Below, piece by piece: positions 51,090-61,301 of a DNA stretch of 64,000 nucleotides. Origin of the DNA: Stylophora pistillata (lineage: Eukaryota). Position 1 is the first letter of the stretch, and the number at the start of each line of letters is the position of its first letter. The position numbers and the translations under genes were made by a program. Location: the NCBI RefSeq assembly GCF_002571385.2, contig NW_019217817.1:753572-817571 (forward strand), given 5' to 3'. The notes under the pieces are model-generated. The model did no database searches, was not told the origin of the DNA, and saw only the letters and a list, made by a program, of their open reading frames with translations.

Positions 51090-53967
51090 ATGGTTCTCCG
51101 GCAATGTTTGGCATGTAACACAGTGGTAAGATTTAAACAAAGTTTGTCTTGAAATAAGGTCAATTATTCTACAGGAGTTGTTTAGATCGGCGATATTCAA
51201 ATTTGTCGTCGTTTCTTAATTTTAATTTCATAATCGCATGATCAACGGCTCTTAGTCCGTGAAACTATATCGCATTACGTGCGAGACGTTAGAAATCGCT
51301 GTGAATTATCCAAAGGGAAGTTTGAAAATCGGCTGTTACTTGGCTGGAATTTGAATTAAAGATTTCGAGGTTCAAACATCGCAAATGATGCACTTAAATG
51401 CACGTACAGTTAGCGAGTGTTGGCGGGCAGGCGAAGCGGCGGAGGTAGATAGCCCAGTACTGATCTGAGAAAACTATTTACAGGGCAACCTCTCCTGCAT
51501 AAATATTGGCCGCTTGTAATTCATTTTTTAAATACTAGACTTATTATAAATGAAAGTAAGTTCGGCTCGCCGAATAAAAAAATTCATGATATAACTTGTC
51601 TGCAAGAAATAGTCGGTGGGCGTAACAAAGACAAGCATATGATCGACCCGGACATAGGTGGAACCTTCTCTGTGTTTGTTTTGTCGAACATGCCAGCGAA
51701 ATGCTTTATAAAGAATTTCCTTAACGTAAGATGTATTGACACTGTACAAATTTTGCCTCAAGTTTCCTTCCTTGTAAGCCTAAAACTCAACTGCGTCCAA
51801 AAATATCGCAGTCAACCTGACCTCTATCTTTGATGCCTGTCTCAGCGAGCTAGACAACACGCGTACTTTCACGGTCTTCCATTTTCCGAAGTCGATGTCA
51901 AACTATGTACATTTACGACAAATGAGGGATTTCATTTGTTTCGTATTTCAGCGTCAAATGGTCGTGTATTTTTCAAGTCAGCTTTTTCAGCTTTTCCGTT
52001 GAATGAAACGAGTCTTAATTAGGCAAACGGCGAACAATAGTCCTTAAAATACGCCCAAGCCAAAGAAAAATGTGCCCATAGCTATAGATGGCCATACCTA
52101 TATGCCGTTCAGATCACTTACGCGATTGAATACTAACTGAACCGATTGTCAGCTCTGAAACTCACCTGTAGCAAGAATTCTTCAGAAAAGCGCAATCAAA
52201 TGCAAATTAGCAAATTTTACTTTTGTTGAAGTTTCGTGTGGCGTGAAACACGGAAGTTGTGCTCGGTACAGTTGTTCGAATATTAACATTACCATCCTTT
52301 CCCTCCCCCGGTAGATGACAGAATCTTGCAGATCATGCGTTTGTGGTCACGTGTTCAAAGACGTTAAAAAGATTGGTGGAAAGAGGTTCTCAGGCAAGTT
52401 TCCAATTCAGCTAAGATAAAATCACTTTTCGATTTAGATTTGAATAACATGAGCAGGTGAATAACATTTACTGTAAATCTCTAAACGGTTTGGAAAACAA
52501 CCGAGTATTATCAAGTGGCCTGTGTAAGCTTGCGCTTATCAATTTTGATCATCTCTGAAAATACCCTTGAAGGCAAACAATAAACTTTGTTGTTGTTGTT
52601 TTTTAACAGAATATCGCGCTGAGTTGTATAAACGACTGGAAAACAGGAGAATCAAACGGTTGTTACGACAAAACAGAAAAGCGAGCGAAAAGGGAACTAC
52701 CCGACAGCCTCTCAAAGAACACGAGGTACATATGTGACAGAAAAATGGAAAATTATTCTCAGCGGGCTCAGAATAATAAACACGTCACATGAGCCTTTCC
52801 AGTTATGTAGACTTTGGAACTCGTTGTTTTCCCAAGACTTAGCTTGAGCGAGGGACGAGGGAGGACAGAAAAGCCAAATGCTGTGTTTTGAAAGGACTGG
52901 CCAATAGAGTTATCATAGATAGACCGACTGTTTGTCTCCATTACTTCCGAAAACTCGCTTAAAATTTTAAAAGTAATTTTCGTGGATCATACTAAAACAG
53001 CTTACTACATACATACATACATACATACATACATACATACAAACATACATACATACATACATACATACATACATACATACATACATACATACATGTGTTA
53101 ATTGGCCATGGGAGCTTTTCAGGGCCAATTTCCACCCAGCAACCACCCCAGGGGAGGACTTCCATCACACAGTAATCTCGTGTATGGGAAATTAACGTCT
53201 CCTTCCCCTAACCCTGCAGGAGACGGGACCTCCATTTATTCGTCCCTATCTTAGAAGACTAGAGTATCTAACCGTTTCTTGATATAGAAAGGTAGCATAT
53301 TCTTCTCACTTGTTTTAAGACCTTGAGTGTTGGTCCGAAAACTAATAAGTCAAGGAACATGAGATCTTTCCGAAAAGGAGAACTCGAATTGGAAATAAGT
53401 GTCACTTTAAAAGTAGTAGTCATGGCATCTCTCTCTGAAGTACCAATGCACGAACTACATGTAGAGACAGAGATTTCGCGCGGACCTGGAGCGAACTCAC
53501 GTGCGTTTGATGACTAATCGCGACCTGGGTCATAGAACTTGAGATTCACAAAATTAAGATCAGTCATCAACGACTCAGTAGTAAATGTGGTACGAAATGA
53601 CAGAACTCCACCTCAGAGCTGATGCGTTAGTTTCATTGCAAATGGTCAAATTTAAACCAAAAATCATCTTTAATTACTAATTACTATGTGTCAGAAGTGT
53701 TTAGTTTTTATCTTTTTATTGTAGGGCAACCGGGAAGAATCCTTAGCCATTACTTCAGCCCTCAAGCCAAAGACCCACCCAGTTTATTCTAGACCACTTC
53801 ACCGAAGAATAAAAGGCAAACGATTTTCGTGCACAGTTAAGCCGCCGTCAGACAAAACAACCAGTGTGCCACCAGAACTTGTGTCCAGGCTTCCAAGTGC
53901 TCTGCAAGAAATCAACAGAAGATTGACGGGACAAAACTTGATATGGTGGACGATGCACTTATTATAA
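51090..53967 (+). CDS. C16orf87: UPF0547/C16orf87-like protein, copy H, 157 aa; exons 51090-51125, 52315-52393, 52610-52725, 53725-53967
   Basis: MVLRQCLACNTV|MTESCRSCVCGHVFKDVKKIGGKRFS|EYRAELYKRLENRRIKRLLRQNRK...EHE|GNREES...PPELVSRLPSALQEINRRLTGQNLIWWTMHLL; exon sizes equal those of copy F; the intron 2 donor is GCAAGT. Confidence 0.85.
53006..53340 (-). mobile_element. SINE-like element with a (TACA)n tail (53006-53093), in intron 3 of copy H
   Basis: Microsatellite adjoining sequence similar to 8470-8666. Confidence 0.6.
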
Positions 53968-54403
53968 TGGCTACGACCATCGAAGGATAAGCTAAACAGG
54001 GGACAATCGAGAGAGCTCGACTCTGTTTTCCCCTTGACTTTTGATAAAAAATGGTTATGCACTGTTACCAGGTAGCAGCCCTGGCTGCAAGACATGTACA
54101 ATTCTGGTATCAGACTTGACTTCGGCTGACAAACGCACAGCACTGAATTACAGAACCAAACGAAAGCGTGTCAGACCCTTGGAAAATTAGTGTCTCCAGC
54201 TCGTATTTATGAAGTAGATAATCAAAGTCCAAAGAACATTACGATGTGTGGATAACTATGATCTCGGGAAAGGAGATAGAGCTGTTAACTATAGACACTT
54301 TGTATTTATTTTATACTTTTTACTTCAAAAATAATTCGGTCCGAACCATAATCTACCTGTCGATAAGAAGCAACTCTTTAACATCTACTGGCATTTGAGA
54401 AAC

Positions 54404-54783
54404 CGGCTACTAGTCGTTTCGTACCCACGATCTTTTCGTACCCAATCGTTTCGAACCCCTCATTTTTTGTCTGGATCGATTCTTACCCATTCAATTGAGT
54501 CGTTTCGTACCCAATTCATACGAATAAGTATGTTAAGTGAAATTTATTACCGTTAATTATAATGATATAGCCAGGGGAAAAAAAATCACACTTTCACTAT
54601 AGCAAGTCACAAGCAATAACAATAGACTGTTCTGTTAAAAACATCACAATTACCGTGCGCTAGGCAAAATTTTAGTTGTTTTGGTTGGAAAGTCACAAGT
54701 ATACACTAAAGAATTTTGCTTGTATCTTACTTGATTATTTCGCTTGACTCTACTGAATTTGGGTACGAAACGACTGGACACCG
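54404..54783. mobile_element. Non-autonomous DNA transposon with a 6-bp target-site duplication
   Basis: Terminal repeats CGGCTACTAGTCGTTTCGTACCC and GGGTACGAAACGACTGGACACCG; internal TTTCGTACCCA repeats; AGAAAC at 54398-54403 and 54784-54789. Confidence 0.75.
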
Positions 54784-54847
54784 AGAAACCGTGACCATAC
54801 CAAAAGCTCATTTTGGTTTTATCATATATTCATTGTATCTGAATTGA

Positions 54848-57203
54848 TAAAGCAAAGCAAAGCAAAGCAAAGCAAAGCAAACTTTATTTACACAGGGTAG
54901 CCCATTCAGCTCTAAGGCTGGTATCCATAGGGGCCCTGTATTGAAAATAATTTACATCAAATTTCTAGAATAGATATATATGTATATATAATGACTAAGA
55001 TTTTACAACTGCATTAACAGCCTAAAACTACAAAGCTAAAACACAATTAAAAACATAACATAGTAAATAAAATATCAAAATTATCAAAATTACGGTAAAA
55101 GGAAATGTTTTGCTCGGCGACAGAACGTTTGAATGTTTTCACTCTTCACAATGTTTAAAGGAAGTTTATTAAAAATTTCTGCGCCAGTAAAAAGAAAGGT
55201 CCTTCTCCCAAAATTCTGTTTTACTTTTGGTAGGGATAGCCTCAGACTTTGCCTCGTGGAATAATTGTGAATATTCGAAAATCTGGTAAAATATGATGAA
55301 AAGTAACTAGGAACTAATGAGTGGAGACAGAGAAAAACGAGTTTAGCCTTGTGGTAATAGCGTCTACTGGAAAGAGTCGGCCATTGCAGCTGATCTATTG
55401 CTTCAGATGACCGAGAGCAACGTGTAATAATCCGTGCAGATCTATTTTGTAAGCGCTGTAGTCGATCTATATCTTGTTGTAAAAGGTTACTCCAGGCAAT
55501 GTCACAGTAATCAAATAAGGGAAGAATTAAGGTATTATGAACAAGTATTGCTGCCTCTTTTGTGACGAAACTTCTAATGCGGCCCAGAATACTAACTCTT
55601 GACGCCACCTTTTTACACATATAGTCTGCGTGAGCCTTCCAAGTCATAAAATTGTCGAACACCACGCCTAGGTATTTAAAAGTAGTTTCGCAAGAAATGA
55701 GCTTTCCGATAAGATTAAGATTTAAAATACAATCGCGCTCTTTATGCCTTCGAGATGTAAATAGTACACACTTAGTTTTTGAAACATTGAGAACAAGATT
55801 GTTGTCTTCTAGCCATTCAGATAGACATTGAAGATCTTGATTAAAGTAAAAAGTTAAATTGTCTACTGTTGGGCCAGCAAGATATAAAACTGTGTCGTCA
55901 GCGTACATATTTACAGAACAGTGTTTGACACAACGTGGTAAATCATTAATGTAGACAATGAATAACAGGGGTCCGAGGATGGACCCTTGTGGCACTCCAG
56001 AAGTTATAGCAAGCTCTTCAGATGAATGAGAATCAATTTGCACGAACTGCTTTCTTCCCGTAAAGTAGTCCTTAAACCATAGAAGGCTTTCCTCGCATAT
56101 ACCATAGTACTCTAATTTTCTGAGCAAAATGTCATGGTCAACTGTGTCGAAAGCCTTTGCCAGGTCAATAAACACAGAACCAGTAACAAGGCCCTTATCC
56201 ATATTCAGGAGAATCTCGTCGGCGAAATAAGTTACAGCCGTCTCAGTTGAGTGCATTCTTCTAAAACCGGACTGTAATTTACAGAGCAAGTTATGATCAT
56301 CAAAAAAACTTGCAAGCTGCTTGTGGATTAAACGCTCTAGGACTTTAGATACCACTGGTAATACCGATATGGGGCGGTAGTTTCTTGGGTCATCTTTTGA
56401 ACCTGATTTATGTAAAGGGGTCACCTTCGCTTTTTTCCATTCTGCAGGGATAACGTTTTGTTGGATAGTTAAATTAAAAATGAGCGATAGTGGATAGGCC
56501 AGGGCGTCTGATCCGTCTTTTAGTAGACGAGATGGAATACCATCAACACCTGTAGCTTTCTTCGGTTTTAAATCTTTAAGAGCCTTTCTAACTTCCGTCA
56601 CGGTGATCTTTCGTAGATTAAATTTTTCTGGGCGGACAATTTGCGGTAGCCATTTGGAAAAGGATCGCGCGGTTGATCGGTGGATCGACCTTAAATCTTC
56701 GGCACAAGAGACAAAGAAGCTATTGAAGGTGTTACACTTGTCTTTTGCTTCATTAGCTGTACGAGCAGTAGCGCTGCTACTCTTTGAGCCATTTCCGAGT
56801 AGCCGTTTTAGGTTTTTCCAGGTCCCACGGGAATCTCCTCTTGTCTCCTGGAACAGTTCGTTGTAATATCTTTCTTTCTCTTTTCTGAGCTTCAAAGTCA
56901 CAACATTGCGTAAGCGCTTGTAAGAGCTCCAATGAAGCTCATTGTTTGACCTCAATGCCAGATTATGAAAGCGGTCTCTGAGTNCGCCATATCGACTGCT
57001 CGAGCTGCAAACTCATTCAGCGCAGTTTGAGCTATTTTTGCCTTGAAGTCGCTTTTCCAGCGCTCGTTTAATCCTTCCAAAGGTTCTTCACCAAGCAGAC
57101 TGCCATGTCGAAATATTTTATGCCGGTTTACCGGCAAAATAAAGCAAAGAAGGTGAAATAAGTAAAGAGCTGCCGAGATGCCAACCAACCCTCTTGGCGC
57201 CAT
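54848..57203 (-). mobile_element. L2/CR1-clade LINE with a (GCTTT)n tail; endonuclease region absent, at a single-N join (56984)
   Basis: RT ORF, 3' UTR, AATAAA and pentamer tail at 54848-54888. The 56985-57203 segment may be the 5' end of the same element (uncertain). Confidence 0.8.
55090..56983 (-). CDS. Non-LTR retrotransposon reverse transcriptase (ORF2), uninterrupted for >620 aa, 5'-incomplete
   Basis: KATGVDGI, NYRPISVLP, QSGFR, FIDLAKAFDTVDH, GVPQGSILGPLLF, YADD and KYLGV; the frame stays open up to the N at 56984. Confidence 0.93.
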
Positions 57204-57235
57204 GTCTCTTCTCGTTTGATTGAAAGGACCACAGG

Positions 57236-57445
57236 TAAATTAAAGTAAATTAGTCACCGTGAAGAGTTTCAAAGCTGACGTTTCGAGCGTTAGCCCTTCT
57301 TCTGACGAAGGGCTAGCGATCGAAACGTCAGCTTTGAAACTCTTTACAGTGGCTAATTTACTTTATCAACTCAGTTGATAAAACCAAATTTTCTAGTTAC
57401 TCCCACCGCCGCAGCACCACAGTTTCTTTACAACTTGCTCCCTTT
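57236..57445. mobile_element. Second palindromic Penelope-type terminal repeat with a minimal hammerhead motif
   Basis: Fold-back centred near 57300; CTGACGA-AGGGCTAGCGATC-GAAACGTC-AGC at 57302-57332; tail TACTCCCACCG..GCAGC..ACAGTTTCTTT shared with 33068-33100. Confidence 0.7.
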
Positions 57446-58934
57446 CTTCATACTATACTAAAAGCTGTTTTGAAAATGGTTTCGTCAAAAGTACTGTCCA
57501 CTTACAAGTGCTACTACCATTGAAATTTGAAATCATATCTGCATTACTGGAATTTTAGGCAGTTATTTGGGGACCGGTCATCATTTATTCCCTGAACTTC
57601 CCAAAAGTATATGTATCCTGCTGATTGGTTGGCCTGGGTGAATAAGTATAACGAATAAAATCAATCATATCTTTTTTGTATGAGACGTATGTATACAAGG
57701 CTAGGAATTTTACAACAAGTGATTAAGTTTCTTAGTTTGAGTACATTTCAGCTGGCAGAGATCCTATGAAAGGATAGAAGCAAATTATCAAAGCGGTTTT
57801 ATTTTGCCACGCATGATTGCTTCATAACGATACCGTTAGTAGTAGCTAGGGTCATTTGAAAAATTGGCCTTTGAACGGAGCTACTGAAAGTTTTAACAGT
57901 GATTCGCGCTTTCGTTTTGAAGCGTTACTGTAGCTTTGAAGGTTTCTGATGTATGGTGGCCGTTTATTTTTGTTCTGGTTGCCAGAGGAAGCAAGTCAAA
58001 CTAAAAAACAAATACAGATTTTTTTAAGTATTGAATAACATTTGAGAGTCTAACGAAATTTAACTTACAATTCGTAGGACATTCCATACATCTTATAGAT
58101 CTTTTCGTGATCTCTGGCTGACCGTTATTTTGAATATTGGATTCTTCGCGACTTTAAATAAAAAGAGGGGTTGGTCCCCAGACTCCCTGGGACAACGCTC
58201 TGGCGCCAAAACTATAAAACACTAAGTGCAAATCAAACAGAGAGACTATTTGAAGCCAGAGTGGTCATGGGGTCTTACTCAGTATACTCTCAGGTAATTG
58301 TCACTGCGACAGGGCATTTTATTAATGAAATCAGGAAGAGCACTACTACTCGATCCAAATAGTTTTGACTTTATGAATGCAGGTGTGACAGCGAGGGTGA
58401 GGAATATACAGGGTCAGTCAAGGACATAATAAAGGACATCATATAACAAAATTAATTGGTTAGAGACTCCATGCACTCGAGTTATTTTCATTTAACAGCC
58501 TTTAAGACCAGCTTGAAAGTGAAATAGAGGGTTTTTATAAACGGGCTGTACAAATGAGATCGTTGGAACGGAGGACTTGAATTCGCCAACGGGACTTCCA
58601 GTGCGATGCTCAACGAGTTTGCTGGAAAATTCCGAAACATTGTGACATGACAGCCACGAAGTATTTTGGCCCACGTATTTAATAACTTTTTTTAAAGTAT
58701 AATTTTTTTAAGAGAGGAACTCTTAAACATGACCGCATTTATTTGAACAAATCTTAGATCAGATGGAACACTCGGATACACCGACCCTGTAACCTATTAT
58801 GCTGGATAGATGGATGGATGACCTTTATTTAAACACGATAAAAATTTAAAGCCACAAGCTCGCCGGGGTCGTGCTTATTCTTGATCTACTGTTTTTCACC
58901 TTTGTTTTTTCTCAGTTGGAAATTACTACAGTGA

Positions 58935-59218
58935 GAGGAGGTCGGTCCGGTTTTAGGGGGGTTATCTATATCCCTGTACCTCTGGAAATTGTGAGGAAGT
59001 CGGTTAGGTTTCAGAGAGCTTATCCACATCCCGTAACATGGAAAAATTGTCGGGAAGTCGGTTCAAGTTCATAGAGCTTTATCCACATCCATGCAATTCT
59101 TAACATTGTAAGGTAGTCGGTTCAGGCTCAGAGAGCTTATCCACATTCCGTAACTCGGAAAATTGTAGGGAAGTCGGTCCAAATTGACCAAGTTCACAGG
59201 GCTTATCCACATCCCTGT
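58935..59218. repeat. Diverged ~57-60-bp tandem repeat, 4-5 copies
   Basis: Unit approximately AATTGTxGGGAAGTCGGTTCAxGTTCAGAGAGCTTATCCACATCCCGTAAC. Confidence 0.85.
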
Positions 59219-59510
59219 TAAAAAAGAGGAAAAAAAAAATAACTAGTTCATTCATGATGATAATTACCTTCCAGTAATCTTAAAAAAAGTGGCAAGTATG
59301 TTTTTTAATCAATTAGCAGAAGTGTTACCAAAAACAATAGTTTCGAAACGAATCATTGCTTTTGAACTGTGTAACTGACACGGTGGAATGGAAGTATCCA
59401 TATTTTTATATCTCAAAAATCAGTTCAAAATTTATGACCCTTCGATAGTTATATCGTATATATGTATGTATATATATATATTTATTAAAAACTGGATCAC
59501 TGGATAATGC

Positions 59511-60576
59511 AATAGGCTCCTTGCACTAAGAAGTCACGTGATCTTCTCCGCCATGTTGGAGGGCAAACAAATCAGTTGCTACGGGAAACTATGGCTGCCT
59601 CGTGGGGTCACGAAAGGTCAGTTACACAAATATTTTCAATATTAGCTTCTTTATTTTGGAACAAAACGATCTTTGTCCACTCGTCAAATTTGCATAATGC
59701 CCAAAGAGCTTCTGTGATCGAACATTTGTATTCACTTTTACTTCTAACGCGTCGGGAACGAACGAATGGCAGGCGAAAGTTTATTTAAGCTTAATCCTAT
59801 CAACTGATTCATTCATTCATTCATTTATTCGATTTTTCGCAAGAGTTCTGCTCTTTCTTTGGGTTAGGTAAAGATTGTCAAGAATTGTAGTCTAGTTGCA
59901 TGTCTACAAAATGCGAAACTTACCGAAGGTTGACGCTATTTAGCTTTGTTTGATTGGACTGATTTTCTCAGTAATCCAAGTGTGGACCCTCACGTTTACC
60001 GAGTATAACCTTCACCGATGTAGAGAAATATGCAACACGTTGTTGCCCATANAGGCTCCAAAAGATCTAAAATTCCACAACACTGTGATCTCTTTATCTG
60101 AAATAGAACCAGTAAATAGTGAGGATACAAGTAAACAAACTTATTTTTTCTCACCTTCACTCAAATGTTTTATTCGCTACCATTCTGGAAACTACATTGA
60201 CTCGACTATCGTCGCCTAACAATATCAACTTAAAAAATAGACAAACCGGCGTTGAAAGGGAGTTAAAAAAAAAATGATATGACATACCAGTTGGCAAAGT
60301 GCGAATTATACGAACGCGAAAACACGAGCAAATATGGAGCTTTCCGACACATCAAATACATCAGTAGGTCTGCTACTATTACAGTCGCTCTTTTTGAGAG
60401 TTCATAGTGGATAAAGATCGTTTTGTTCCGAAACAAAGAAGCAAGTAGAGCAAATATTTGCGACACTCACATTTCGTCGTCTCACAAGGCAGCCATTGTT
60501 TCCCGTAGCAACCGATTTGCTTGCCCTCCAACATGGCGGAAAAGATCACGTGACTTCTTAGTGCAAGGAGCCTATT
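59511..60576. mobile_element. ~1.07-kb non-autonomous element with ~170-bp terminal inverted repeats
   Basis: AATAGGCTCCTTGCACTAAGAAGTCACGTGATCTT..CCGCCATGTTGGAGGGCAA and its reverse complement ending at 60576. Confidence 0.8.
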
Positions 60577-60703
60577 CGCCTTTTTATTGGCATATGAGCC
60601 AATATACCATAATCTAATATCTGTACATTGTAATATCCGGTTTCTTCTTACAAAATTAAGTCGAGGAGATTTGTCTAATATCTCGGGGGCGTTTTTTTAA
60701 TAA

Positions 60704-60867
60704 AACAATTATTCCATTCACGCTTGTTGGATATGAGATGATTATAGCCAACTCGGCGGCGCTACGCGCTTGTTGGATATGAGATGATTATAGCCAACTC
60801 GGCGCTACGCGCCTCGTTAGCTGTCTATCATCTCATATTCATCGCGCGTTCGTGGAATAATTGTTAA
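60704..60867. mobile_element. Palindromic repeat with an internal ~45-bp duplication
   Basis: AACAATTATTCCA...TGGAATAATTGTT termini; CGCTTGTTGGATATGAGATGATTATAGCCAACTCGGCG occurs twice. Confidence 0.65.
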
Positions 60868-61228
60868 ATATAATCTTCCATTTTAATAGTTTTAATAGTT
60901 TTACTTTGCTGCACATGTATTAATACCAGCGGTTCCTTATGGAATTGCTGACACATTTTTTGCAGGGTAAATAAAGTTTATTATTAAGGCCAAACTGCCA
61001 TAAACGGTCCTCCGATTTCATTGGTCTCGGCACAAATCATAGTCATTATCGGCCTAATGACCTTGGCACACCTACAAAACAGTATCACAAAACCAATTGG
61101 GCACTTAAAAATATAATTAAACATTTTAGAATAGTATCATCATGTTACATTATCATATTATTATCATTAGGTTATGAATTTGTAAATATACGATTCAGCC
61201 CCTGGACTGCCATGTGTTTCGTTATATA

Positions 61229-61242
61229 CTATCTATCTATAC

Positions 61243-61300
<58 letters not shown>
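61229..61300. repeat. (TATC)n microsatellite
   Basis: Direct reading. Confidence 0.95.

Positions 61301-61301
<1 letters not shown>

Noticed and set aside
41922-54143. Similar minus-strand ORFs 41922-42257 and 53799-54143 as a separate gene pair
   Set aside because: They are antisense shadows of exon 4 of copies F and H.
59020-59211. Bacterial oriC or contamination suggested by four DnaA-box 9-mers
   Set aside because: They are units of a tandem repeat in intron- and TE-rich eukaryotic DNA with no bacterial genes.
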